Of a DNA stretch of 64,000 nucleotides, positions 38,285 to 50,948 are shown piece after piece. This stretch comes from Glaucostegus cemiculus. Lineage: Eukaryota. The stretch is from the NCBI GenBank assembly GCA_976551045.1, contig CDPCPM010000076.1, positions 14,756,001-14,820,000 on the forward strand, given 5' to 3'. Made by a program: the position numbers and the translations under genes. The notes beneath the pieces are model-generated. The model had not been told where the DNA came from, did not search any database, and worked only from the letters and a program-made list of their open reading frames with translations. The stretch's first letter is position 1. Each line of letters begins with the position of its first letter.

Positions 38285-41200
38285 GTAACTGTTGTGAGCC
38301 TTTGTAATTGTGTTCTTCACTTCTCCCTCTCTTCTAAAGATTTCTGGCTAGAGATTCTGTAGAGTTGTGTCACATTATTATGTGATATTGCCCTGATCTT
38401 TTATATGAAAATTCTTTGCTAAATATAATTGACAATACCTTTTGGATTTGGAAGATTGTAGTCTGGCACTGTTCGCAAATGACATACTTAACTGTAGAGC
38501 CTTCTGGTTTGCAGTGCATGGTTGATGCTTTTAATTGTGATATTCTTATACCTGTAAATACTTTGTGAATGGAATGAGCTAGAGTATGCAGGTTTGCCTC
38601 TGCATTAGTTAGAGAGCCAATCTCCATGTGAGTCAGTGTCAGAAGTCTCTTAGTGAAGCAACACCTGGACACATTGAGAACGGCCCAATCATATCCATTG
38701 TCAGGGTAAATTATTCTTCATTGATTGGGTGGGTGGCCTCCAATGATGATGTTTCCTGCCCAGTGGGACTATATCCCATTAGTTATTAGGAGGTGTGTGA
38801 TGCCCATCCCTGTCAACCGCCCACCACTCAAGGGAAAACCAGCCCTAAAGTCACTACCTGTGAACCGTACGGAATTATCTTTGTCGAGAACTCCTCCTGT
38901 GCTGGGAAGTCATGCAATCAAAAACTTTCCTCTGTGTGTGTGTGTGACTTTAGGACTGGCACACAATTGTGTGCAGAAAGCCTATGATTCATAGTTCTAA
39001 TGATCCCTGTGTCCTGGCATGAATCTGGCATGGAATCCCAGTGTAGCATTGCCTTAAGGTTGAAGAATTTCTGGGTCCTTGATCCTTTCTTTGGTGAGGT
39101 TTCATGCAGGCAGTTAGCTTGGATCACTAATAGCTAATAGTGAGCTGGCTTGCTTAGATTGTGGGGTAGGCTATATTTGAATCACCGACAGACAACAATC
39201 GGTCACTTTTCTTCAATCACCAGTTGCACGTGTAGGTCTAGGTAAGTCAAATGAGGTCAGTCAGTATCAGAGCAATTGTGATTGATGCACAGGTTATCTT
39301 TAGGGCACTCTTATAGTGCCTTCTGCTGCAAATAGCTCTGGTATTCTCATACATACTGGGTAACATTCACCAGAATCTTTAATACCCAAAAGTGGTGGAC
39401 TCCATCTGCATCATATTCTTCACATAGAAAGTGTCCAATGGGATTTTTAGCCATTGGATGACCTTGTGTCATCAACATCTTCAGCCTTGTGCTCTTGTTT
39501 ACTTGTTCAACATGGATCATCTAGAGCCATTTCTCTGGTGTAGGTTTGGACTGGTGCTATAGAGGTATTGAAGTTGCATGCTGTGAACTATAGGTGGGTT
39601 AGATATTTCTTCCTCTTCTGAAGTATCTGGAGGAGGAAAAGAGGAAGAGACATTAGAGCAGGTGGTTGACGAATGGAGTTTACATGTGACTTTCAGCAAC
39701 TGTGGTGAGTTTGAGGTGGTTTCATGTTAGAATTTGCTGACAGACAATGTGGGTGCCATGGGAACGGTCCAAAATATAATCAGGAATTTGTAACTGCAGC
39801 TGCTTTCAAACTTCCTCATCTCTACTGCTGTACATGGCCTCCTTCCTCAGTATCAGCAAAGCTTCCTCCGCTCGGGGAATGTGAAGGCTGAGGCTTTGTT
39901 TGCTTTCTGGTGCCAAAGCTTGCCTTCTGCTTCAAAGATTATGCACAAAGCGAGAATGACCGTTAGCTACCCCAAACTTTCACTCTGATTTCATCAAAAT
40001 ATGGTGGGATGCGTGCCCCAAGCAGTCAGCTGTTAAATGGGATGATTCAACGTTAAACTAAAGTAAAGGCCCCTTTGGCATTGTTGGTAAGCACTTTAAC
40101 AGAATGCAAGGGGAAGTTACTAATTATCAAATATACATATCCAGGGGTACTTTTGGGAGGTGTGGTTAACTTTTAATGCATATTGTGGGTAAGGTCATGA
40201 CTCTGTTCCCTGCACTGAGTTGCTTTGTGTGGTGTGTTTGATTGTGTTGACCATTTCCTGTACTGTTGCTGAATTGTTTTGCATGTGGGCCCGTTGTTGC
40301 TACATGCCACACTGAGCTCTTCCCTTTACCACACTCATTGCAGAAGCACTTTTGCATATCCATTGGTGAACCTGAGGTATCTGAGGCTCTTCTGCACATA
40401 CACCTGTTCTTGAACATTTTGTATATCCAAAATTACATCTGTATGTTCCTTAAATGGAACTATTGCTCCACAGATGGTTACAGGTACTCCAAATACTAGA
40501 GGATTACTGTCAGTAATTGTTGTTGGGGAGTAATTGTGAATTGGGACCAAGTTAGCAAGTGTTTGTTCATGATCGGCCCCCAGATGATTTAATTTCCTAC
40601 CGTCAATGACTTCTGCCGTGTGGTCAATCTTTGGCAGGAGAAGGAAATCACTGCAGCATTACTATGGCTGGCAGTAAATATTTTTAAAGTGTTCTGTGCC
40701 AAATATTCACATTGAGCTAGTGAGTCAGTACCTGGAGCCAATCCTGTGAGGGGCTTCTGTTCCACCACATTAAAACATGTACACATATAATGACATCATG
40801 GGTTCCTGATTTTAATATATTCATGAAACACCACCTGTTTGCTTCCAGCCAGAACCTCAGAGAACTGACTGAAGCAGAAATGAAATGGTGTTTGGTGTGC
40901 TTATAGTCAGAATGGGGTAAAATAGTGAGTTGATCATTACCTCAGATACATACAGTAATGAAACCAGCAACTGAGTTCTTTCAATAATTTAGTGAAATGA
41001 AAGCCAGGCTGCCTCATTTGTGATCCCTGACTCTCTCAGCCAGTTCAACTTTTCTGACTCTGAGGCAAAGAGATGATTAATGCCCAGACTGTAAAAAAAC
41101 AGATTTAAAAAGTGCCTAATGATACAAATCATCCTGTTCAGACACATGTTCTAGTCTATCAGATGGAAGATCAGTGATCTAAGATGTTGACTCTGTATCT

Positions 41201-42662
41201 TGTCTCACAATTGCTGCCCGACCTGCTGACCATATTCCAGAATTTCTTTTGGGTTTTTTTGGGTTCTCAAGATCTGCAGTTTTTTGCTTTGTCTTTAGAC
41301 AGCAGTGTTTTGTTAGCCCTCAGATATCAATTCTTCATATTCTAACAGTCATCAGCATGTGTGCATTTCTTTGCTGTATCTCATTCACCGTGTCTCTATT
41401 TTTGACAGGATAATTTGCATTTTTTATTATTATGGTGTATTTCTGTGTACTTCTGTGTTAGGAGACTAGATTTTCATCTTGATCTAAGCAAAGCCTACTT
41501 CTTGCTTTATGCTGTGGTTTTGTCATGAGGCATTGCCGTCCTCTGATGTAGTCAGCAAATGATTCACGTCAGTTATTTTGAAATCCAGTATCTTACACTT
41601 TGCAGTGATCCCGTGTTCTGAGGTTTATTCATGGTTAGCCTTTCAATTTCAACCCTTTACTAACAGGGGCTGAACTAAGACAAATGGAAAATGGTCAAAA
41701 ATCACCAGCAGCTATGCATGACGCTTACGGCAATATCTATTCCTTTATCACCATCTCTCAGCCAAGGGCGTATGCAGAAATTTAACTTTGATAGGCTTAG
41801 AGAGGCACTTGGAGTGAAATATGTTTGACCATGGAGTGAAGTATGTCTGTGCATTGATAAGCTCACATTTCTATTAGATGATTACTGGGGGCTGCTGCCT
41901 GGCCCACATACATGGGCTGTCATGCATCACGTGCAGAAACACTTGTTTCAAATTTGTGTTTCAAAGAACTGAATTAATTAACAGTGCCAAGAGGAGCTTA
42001 AGATCACTCATACATTAAATGCCAAAGAATCCCTTGGCCAATTGTGTTTTCAGCTGATGCTTCCCCTATTTGAACACTGACAGATCATTAGCTTGTGAGC
42101 TCAGCACAATTTAATGATCATTTCAAATGGTTAAGACATTGTATGTAGTATATACTCTCATTTCTGGTACAATTTATTTTATAAGGTGTTCTAAAATGCC
42201 AAACCATGGGGGATTTGTTCTAGAGACACAAAGGCCCACTCCAGCATATAAGTTGCATGCAATGAGGGCTACATTAAGGTTTCCTCAGTGAATTAGGTGC
42301 TGCAGGAAACACCCAGTGGGTGAGACACCGTCTGTGGAGAGAGCAGATGAATTAGTATTTTGTGTTTACCCCCTTCCCTTCTGACTGAGGGTCTACTAGT
42401 CCCATTTATCCACCGATCTGCTGAATATTTCTGGCATTTTCTGCATTTGACATTTTGAACCAGAAAGTGGCATCTTATGTCAAAATCAGTTTTTCTGAAC
42501 TTTATAATTTATAATCTGTTAACAGGCAGGTCAGCCATTGTGAGCTCCTGAACCATCAGGATTCCTCACAACTCTTTGCTGGGTTTTGCTTTGTGCAAAA
42601 GGAGGTGCTGAGGAACTTAGTCACCTCCTTCAACCTCCACTAACAAAAGTATGGCTGAGGAG

Positions 42663-42905
42663 AGGTGGTTAGCGCAACGCTGTTACAGCGCCAGCGATCG
42701 GGGTTCGATTCCCGTTGCTGTCTGTAAGGAGTTTGTACGTTCTCCCGTGTCTGCGTGGGTTTCCTCCGGGTGCTCCGGTTTCCTCCCACATTCTAAAAGA
42801 CGTACGGGTAGGTTAATTTGGGGGTTAAAAATGGGCGGCGTGGACTCGGAGGGCCGAAAGGGCCTGTTACCACACTGTAAATAAAATTATTAAAAATTAT
42901 TAAAC
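42663..42905 (+). mobile_element. Young V-SINE with CR1-type tail
   Basis: B box GGTTCGATTCC at 42702-42712, V-domain, GGCCGAAAGGGCC hairpin and AT-rich tandem tail. Many CpGs retained. Confidence 0.9.
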
Positions 42906-43696
42906 TATCAGTAAATAAATAAACAATTAGTTATCCAGTAAGCGCTATTTGTGAGTAGCTTAGTTCGATAAAGTTGGTTATTTGAAAAGTCAGGATCAGG
43001 AACAGATTGTAGCAGATTGATAGAGATAGAAACTGGATGAGAAACGGCCACGAATAGAATTTATGTTCTCTTTCTGGGAGCATGGAGTATTCAGGGAATT
43101 TCGTTTTTGAATTTCTCCTGTGTTTTTCTTAGGAAATGTGTCATTCACCAGGAATTATATTTTGAAAATAAACCTGCCAAATTTATGCAATTCTCGTGAA
43201 GGAGTATTCAGAGGACCAGTAGGTTCTGATGACCAAAAGAGTAAATGTACGAGTGACGTAGAGCAAGAAAATACGAGGTTTGATCTTTGGACTGTGCTGG
43301 GTTATCTAATCGTGGCTGAGATAATTATTAGAACAGAATTGGACTCAGCCCTCTCAGTCCAGTACACCTTTTATTTCTGATCACTGTTCAATGAGTCCTG
43401 ATGGAAAATGGATAGAAGATGAAGATAAAGGCTTCTTTGATGTTCCTTGAGAGTAGGCTTCTTAATAATGAATATACCACAGCAAAGTCTGAACAATGTG
43501 AAGTGGGAGAGGGTGGGTGGTATTTGCTGGAAATATTTGACCCCTGTGGCTCTCAATGACATTCTATCCTTACTGTGCAAAAAGAGTCCCAATTTAAAGA
43601 GAATTAGCAGCTGGGCTGAATGTAGCTGCAGCCATTGCTGTAACTCAGCTTATGATGAGGTATCCTTGATTTAACTTGACTTTATACTTTTTACAG

Positions 43697-43760
43697 ACGA
43701 CTGGTGATTCTGAATAAATATACCTTTATAAAGACTGATGACAACACTATCAGGAAATTG
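43697..43760 (+). CDS. STARD8: Exon 4, end of SAM domain (RLVILNKYTFIKTDDNTIRKL)
   Basis: ttacag acceptor, gtaagc donor. The 64 nt restore phase 0 into exon 5; RRLxxLNK motif. Confidence 0.92.
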
Positions 43761-44464
43761 GTAAGCACATCTGAATGACTGCATTGGTTCACTGTTCTAT
43801 TTTCCTGTGATCTGGGTGTTCAAAATCAAAAACTGCTAATTTCAAAATCCTTTTAGAAGCAGGCATTTTTGTTATATTTAATATGGCTGAATTGGCAAAA
43901 GAAAAACCACAATGATGGGAACAGGGTCTATATGAAGTTGTTGTATCCAGAGCAACACTTATAATGCAAATTACCAGACTACCAACAACTATTCAGCCCT
44001 ATGGGCTATGTATCATTACAGATATCCAAATTACACCTCTTGAACTTTGTATAGGGATTGAGACACTTTGTGTTTCCTTGGGTCCTAAACAACATAGAGA
44101 GACTCTGTTTGACCTAACCTAGTATTACACCAGTGTAGGCAATGTTACATTCTACACCTACAGCCCCCCATTCTCAGGATTTTGTACCAATACAGCTACT
44201 CCCTGTAAACAGCCAGATCCTAAAGAAATGGTCTCCCACTACTGCCCTATACCAGGACAGATTTTCATCTCTATGCTTGGATTTTGTATCTTTACAACCA
44301 CAATGGTGCAATAATGAAATTGACAATCCTTGAAGAATTTAGCATGGCTATGATCTCTACCATCACAGCACAAGTCTTGCTGTTAATTTTATAGTCATAA
44401 TCCTGTCCTACTTTAGCTTGGTGCAGTAGGTGACTAAGAGCCTTCAGCTTTTGTTGCCAGTATC

Positions 44465-45205
44465 TAAGTGGAGAGAGATTGCAGCTGAGTGAAGTTCAGA
44501 GGGATCTAGGTGTTCCAGTGTATGAGTCAAAGAAAGTTAGCAGGCAGGTCCAACAGGTAGTTAGGAGGGCAAATGGCATATTCCTGTTTAGTGCAAGGGG
44601 GTTGGAGTTTAATAATAGGGAGTTTTCGCTACATTTGTACGAGGTGTTGGTGAGGCCACACCTAGAATACTGTGCATAGTTTTGGTTCCATTACCTAAAA
44701 ATGTACCTAATAACAATGGAGGCAGCCTAAAGGAGTTTCAGCAGGCTAATTCCTAGGATGAGAGGGTTGTCCTATCAAGAGAGGCTAGACAGTTTGGGTT
44801 TCTTTTCCTTGGAGTTTAGAAGAATGAGGAATCACATATTTCAAACATGCAAGTTCTTAAGGGGTCTTGACAGGGCGGAGGTTGAAATGTTTCCACTAGC
44901 GGAAGAGACATGAACAAAGGGAGCATAGCTACAAAATAAGGGTCTGGTCATTTAAATCTGAGGTGCTTCGAAATTTCTTCTCACAGAGGGCATGAATCTC
45001 TGGAATTCTCTGCCTCTGAGCATTGTGAGGCCAGATCATTAGATATATTTAAGGTAGAGATAGATAAATATTTGAAAGATCATCAAAGTGAGGATTATGG
45101 GGAGTTGGCATAGAAGAAGAGTTGAGGCCAGTATTGATCAGCCATGATCATATTGGATGGAGGGGCAGGCCTGAGGGGCCGAGTGGTTCCTATTTTCTTG
45201 TGTTT
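44465..45205 (+). mobile_element. CR1/HER1 LINE 3' fragment
   Basis: EVQRDLGV...VQQVVRRANG...ARGLEF...LYEVLVRPHLEYCA, with a 3' end GGCCTGAGGGGCCGAGTGGTTCCT. Confidence 0.9.
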
Positions 45206-45796
45206 GTGCATATCGCAAGGGGTGACTGAGCACTCCTGTAGTCCGCCTCATGTGGAGCTGATAACAAGGTGGCATTGCTAGGCAGTAGGTTAAGGACCTA
45301 CTGTGGTATAGAAACCACAAGTGGGTGGCAAGAATGCGGACATGGAAATTTGAGGAAAGTGAGGCTTCTCTTGACTGCAATGCTTCTCTTTTTATTTATG
45401 GAGCAGCGGTATAGTCAGGAGGAGGGGGATCTCCAGTAGTCTGGTACAGAAAGTCATTTTAGTGAACAGGGAGGTGAATGGCTTTAGCGGCTGTTAAAGA
45501 TGGCTAGTGGTAATTTTCCATACTTGGCTCCATATAAGCCATATTGCAAAAGAGGGTGGGATAGTGGGGTTGGTGGCAAGGTACTGAATAAAGCCTTCAT
45601 TATCTGTAACAGAGTATGGTTGGACGAGGATACCAGTAAAGGCATGGTAGATCACTAAGGGCAGCGTCTCTCAGGAGTGGAGGAATAGCATTCAGTTATC
45701 AGGTGCTCTTTAGGATCACAATCACCCCCTTTGTTCCCTGTTATTCTTTCCTCACGATGTGGCCATTTCATTAACACTGTGCTGTTATCATTCTAG

Positions 45797-47118
45797 GGTG
45801 ATGATTCTGATGAAGACGTCTGTGCTATTAGTGATCGTTGGGCATTCCAACGAGAGAGCAGGAGATGGTCTCGCCTGACAGCTGCTGACTTCCATTTGAA
45901 CCGAGCAGAGGTCCTTAGCTCGATAATGAAGGAGTCGGCCAGCCGTGAGAGCGTTCTCTCGGAGCTCAGTGACCCAGAAGCCAGCTCCGTGCACAGCAGC
46001 AGCAGTGTTGGGAGTATCCAGGAAGCGTTGGTGGGTCACAATTCGAACAATCAGCTGGCGGCAAAGGAAGACCCTGGGAGAGTCCTGGTGGCTAAACCCC
46101 AAGCAGCAGAACAGGCTCACAACTGCACACTTGATAGCCATGTTTCCACTGGAGATCAAACCACTCCAGACTTCACAGAGAACCCCAGAAAACAACGGAC
46201 CAAGAGCTTTCTTAGACGGATTGAATCCCTTCGGTTTAAAACCCTTCGGAGCAAAGCCAAAATGGCTTCAAAGAACAAAGAGACAAAAGGTATCAAAACA
46301 GTATTACAGCAATACCATGAACCATTACAGAGCTCCAGTCCTCTGAAAACTGGGAGCCAGAGCCCCAAGAACTTGATAAGTAACTTATCTCAATCTGGCA
46401 TTCCTTCACTGGCTGATTGTGGATGTACAGAACATTCTTCAGGCAAATCTAGGAGCCATGGATCTAAGCATTGTGGACTGTACTTGGAAGACTATGAAAT
46501 GGGCTTCACGACTTCCAGTCATAATAGAAGAGACAATATGTGTTCTCAAGAAGATTATGTTGTTCGTATCCCAACAAATCACAAATTAGGAACCTTCCCC
46601 AAAGCCCTCTCCATAGAAAGCTTGTGTCCAGGTGCTGATAACCATTTGGTAAAATGGAGATCAGGAAACAGCTCCTTTGGAATGTCTACATGTGGAAGCA
46701 ACAACAATTTTCAGCGACTGGGGTTTCAAGGACGAAGGGATTCTTGTAGCTCTGTGGACAGCAGGCAGAGTTTTTATGACAATGTGCCTGAGACCCACCC
46801 GTACAATAGTATAGGTGCACCTGAGTACTACTTTAAACAACTAGATGATGTTTTGAAGCATGTCAGTGGATTGCAGCAGAGAGTAGACAGTTGGTCAAAA
46901 ATGATGTGCACTGATTATAATGACACTGAGTCTGACTCTACTGGAGAAACGGTTTTTCCTTTGCAAGGTTTGAATTTTGAAGACCGCTCAATGTCTGATG
47001 TGGGGACAACTGCAAGTGATTTTGATAGTACTGGGAACTCACTAAATGAAACTGAAGAAATGGAGATGAGGGATCGGAGAGATTCTGGAGTAGGGGCTTC
47101 ATTAACCAGACAAAACAG
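45797..47118 (+). CDS. STARD8: Exon 5, large Ser-rich linker / focal adhesion targeting region
   Basis: ttctag acceptor, 1322 nt open frame from GDDSDEDVCAISDRWAFQRESRRWSR through GTFPKALSIESL, SFYDNV and LDDVLKHV to RDRRDSGVGASLTR. Contains the 408-aa ORF in the track. Confidence 0.97.
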
Positions 47119-48454
47119 GTAGAGACTTCTGATCTTTTTGTTGATAGTTGTAGCTATCAAACACAGGTCATTTTGTAGGCTGTCTCTATTATTCAGCACA
47201 GCTTGTCATTGAACTGTGAACCAGCCAAGCTGTGGCTTGATATTGGTTTGGCATAATTTAGGTTATCTTAGCTCAGTTTATAATAGGCACAGTACATTAA
47301 ACTCTGGCCCTCCTTCTGATCTATAGTTACTCAATCTTGATTGGATTGCATGGTGAACATTGTGTGAGGAAAGCCTAAAGCTAGTTATGAGATATTCATT
47401 AATAAGTTGACTAACTGATTAAACTCATGTGTGAAGAGTTACCACTTGGTGAAATGCTGTTCAAGTAATTCTACACCTTGCTCCCCAGTTGAAGGGAACT
47501 TAATTCAGTGTATCATTTGTCATACTCCTCATGATATAAAGCTTAAAATGGAATCTATTTCATCTGTTCCGTTTGGATGTTACACAACATTAGTTCAGCA
47601 AACAGAAAGGAAAATCTGGAGGGAAATTTTCCCTGCTGTAACAGAAACAGCCTGAGTTTCCTTCCTTTTTAAGTATTGCATCATAAAACATCAAACTGGT
47701 TTACCTCTGGCAAGCTGCCCACATTTGCCACTCATACACATGACTTGATTTTTATGGGTTTATCATGTGAACATGCTTGCAGAAGCTATTCCAATACAAA
47801 ATGGTGAGACTTGGCAAACCGGCAAGGCCTCATGTGGTACAATGCTGTCGTATGAACAAGCCACAGCTCAGTCCACAATACTGCTGAGAGAAACTGACAG
47901 CTGGCTGAGCCTTGTCCCTGAACTTGCCAGCTGTCAAACCTGGCAAGATCTGTGGATACTTGAAACTGTCAATTCAATAATAAAAAACATTATAACAAAT
48001 AAAATCTTCAAATTATCTAAAATATAAATATATAACGTACTTCAACAGTTAACAATATTTAAGCCACCTTAATTAACACAGAAATGTGTAAATTCTATTT
48101 ATACATGACCCTTGCAGCCATTTAAATGAATGACTTTCACATCTAAACTAGATCTAAGCAGGCAAAGGCAGGAAACCTCAGTAGGACTCATAGGGAGCTG
48201 CAGCATTTTTATGTCCTTCTGCAGGGCTCCATGAGAGTGTTGGAGAGCAGCTGAGAAATAGCTGGTGGTGCTTGGAATGTGGAAGTCCCATCTTCCTGAT
48301 AGTCAGTAGGAATATATGCTGACAGTTCAGTATGGAAGCCCCCAGCAAACTGCAGCTGAACAATTAATACACACACATGCCATATATTATCTTACATGGT
48401 TCCCAATGCAAGTGACCGTAGATTGCTACTGTTTGACAACTTTGTGTTGTCTTT

Positions 48455-48925
48455 CTGTTGAGGTGTTGAATACGAGCTCTGTTTAGGTTCTTCATGTTGA
48501 TATTAAAGATCTCATGGCATTTACTAGCTGCAGTCTGGAACACATGGTTTGAGAAGGTGGTGGGGAAACAGGTACTCAAACATTTAAGAAGCATCTGCAA
48601 CCACTTGACTTGCCAAGGCCTAGAAGGCTACGGACCAAGTACTGGTAAATGAAATTTGTAGAGATGGGTACTTGATGGTCAGCATGGACATAATGGGCCA
48701 AAGGACCTGTTTCTGTGTAGTTTGACTCTATGACTATTTGATAGACTGTCCTGGCTAGTGTTCCCAGCAGGTAAACACCACCAAAGAATAATTTTGCTTT
48801 AGTTTGTGGGATTTTCCTGTGTGCAAAATGGCTCATAATAGCAGTGTGTGTCTGAAAGTAATCCTCTATTCATGGAGCACTTGGAAATGCATGATGTACT
48901 ACATGAATGTAAGTCTTATTTCCTT
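48455..48925 (+). mobile_element. Deu-domain SINE split by a CR1/HER1 3' end (about 48525-48737)
   Basis: AAAGATCTCATGGCA on the left and TGTCCTGGC...TTTGTGGGATTTTCCTGTGTGCAAAATGGCT...AATGTAAGTCTT on the right flank a CR1 tail. Confidence 0.55.
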
Positions 48926-48994
48926 CTGATTATTCACATAACTCTTTGTAATTCAATAAAATATGATTGCAAGAATGCTTTGGAAATGGCTTGC

Positions 48995-49270
48995 TTCTGG
49001 TCAGTGCTGAGCTGGCTGATTTTAGACAGGAAGCAGTCATGGGATAACAGTTGTTCCCAGCAATTCAGCACTGCAGTGGGCATGGTGGGAAGGAAAATGA
49101 ACCAGGATTCCCATCCCTGGTCACGGCCCATTGATGCCTCTTGGAAACTCTGCCTGTGTGGATGTTGAATGGAGATAAGATCAGATTTTATCTGACTGTC
49201 CCAGTGGTCTCATATCCCTTAGTACTCAAATTTTGCAAAAATAGAGTTGGGCAAGGTATCCCAGTGACAA
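48995..49270 (+). mobile_element. Ancient SINE, AmnSINE2-like
   Basis: Shares the core CAGGATTCC.(G)CTCCTGATCACTATCCA with 60130-60165 (-) and about 9853-9876 (+). Family name is from memory. Confidence 0.45.
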
Positions 49271-50241
49271 TCAGAGGCTTGAGAAGAACAGGGAGGTAGC
49301 TGAGAAGAGGATAAAAACAAGAACAGAAAGGGTAACCTTGCATTAAAATATGACATTTCATAGTTTGTATTTTTTTTCTCCTGCATGTCTCAAAGGTTCA
49401 CCAGTACTTGTTGAATAAAACTTTTTTTTTCTATCTCATCTTCATCTTAACAAGTGGTTTCCTGTGACAAGAGTCTATAGTGTTGTCCTGCAGTATATGT
49501 TTACTCAAGAGATTGAGGTTCCACAGAATAAGCCTTGTGTTCATCAGTGCCTTGTGACTACAGAATGTTATTGATTATCAGATGACAATCCATTTGTTAC
49601 GAGATGGTGTATAACACTTCGAAGCAACCCTTTACTATATTTCCTGTACTTTATGATTTTCTTCCGACACATACTGTGTTCTCATGTCTTACACTGAAAG
49701 TGCAGATAGAAGGTTTATTTTCTCTAAGGTACGCATTGTTCCTTTACCGATACTGTGGTCAATTACTAGGCATAAAGGTACCTCACTCTCTGTGGTTTGG
49801 TGGGCATTCATAGCAGATGATTTATTGTTCCAAAAATCAATTATAACAAAGTTATGCTATTCCAACGTGGGCATTGTTGAAGATGGCTGGATGTCTGTCA
49901 GATGGAGAGAAAATCAGGCTGGAACTCACACAAGCAAGATCCCAGTCTGTCCAGACGGTAACTTAGAGGCAAAAAAATTAGATTGCATTACAAGACTGCC
50001 ATAAGATGTTCTGGCAATCTGCACTGAGGCCTAAGGTGCCACGGGAAAATGTGCAACTCTCTAGTGTGACATAGTCTGTGACCCTCCAAGGTATAGCTGT
50101 AATGATAAAGGTTGTTGGCAAGAATATTTAAACTGGGGTCCTTCATGGTATCTGTCTAGGAATGCTGGCCTTGACCCTGCATAGTGTTGGTTATTGCAGA
50201 CTTTGGCATCCTTTGTTAATCTTTGCATTTTTTTTCCTTAG

Positions 50242-50415
50242 GAAGCTGCGCTGGCACAGTTTCCAGAACTCTCACCGCCCCAGCCTGAATTCTGCTTCAA
50301 TGGAAATCAACAGACAGTCAGCAGCTCAGCTCAACCTCCTGCAGCGATTCTCCCTACTGCGATTGACTGCCATCATGGAGAAATATGCTGTCCGCAGCAA
50401 GCAGGGCTGGAACTG
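50242..50415 (+). CDS. STARD8: Exon 6 (KLRWHSFQNSHRPSLNS...KQGWNW)
   Basis: cttag acceptor, gtcagt donor, 174 nt. KLRWHSFQNSHRPSLNS is the STARD8-type version of this motif as recalled. Confidence 0.96.
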
Positions 50416-50617
50416 GTCAGTAACTAGGTTTCTGACAGGGTGGCCGGAGGTCTCATTTACTGCATCTGACAGATTTATGAATGTAGGCGACAGAGCTAAG
50501 GGAGACATTGGAGTGTCCTACATTTGCTTGATTTTTGTGGTTAAGTCAGACTTGCAACTAACTATAATGAGAATTGAATGTATGGCATCCATGGAAAGCA
50601 CCAGCTAAAACTTACCA

Positions 50618-50948
50618 TAGGGTGGATGGTGGCACAGCTACTCAAGCTGCTGCCTTACAGCTCCAGTGACCCAGGTTCAATGCTAAACTCCGGTGCTGTC
50701 CGTGTGGAGTTTGTGTGTTCTCCCTGTGACCATGTGGGTTTCCCCTACAATCCAAAGGCGTGCAATTTGATAGGTTAATTAGCCTTTTGTAAAATTGCCC
50801 ATAGAGTGTAGGTGAGTGGTAGCATCTGGAAGGAGTTGAGGTTAATGTGCAGAGAATAAAAATAGGATGAGTGTAACTGGGTGCTGGATGGTCAACATGG
50901 AATAAATGAGTCAAACGACCTGTATCCATGCTGTACTATTCTGTGACA
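50618..50948 (+). mobile_element. HE1-like V-SINE
   Basis: tRNA-like head (GGTGGCACAG...GGTTCAAT), V-domain GTGTGGAGTTTGTGTGTTCTCCCTGTGACC and HER1-type tail. Confidence 0.8.

Noticed and set aside
42663-42715. tRNA gene
   Set aside because: The Pol III boxes belong to a SINE head; there is no full cloverleaf and the sequence continues into the V-domain.
43660-43670. GTATCCTT / TCCTTGAT resembling U12 intron signals just upstream of exon 4
   Set aside because: The upstream donor is U2-type (GTAACT) and the motif is too close to the acceptor to be a donor; probably chance.
45788-46368. Alternative-frame and antisense ORFs overlapping exon 5
   Set aside because: Shadow ORFs of a real coding exon with non-ATG starts and no homology signal.
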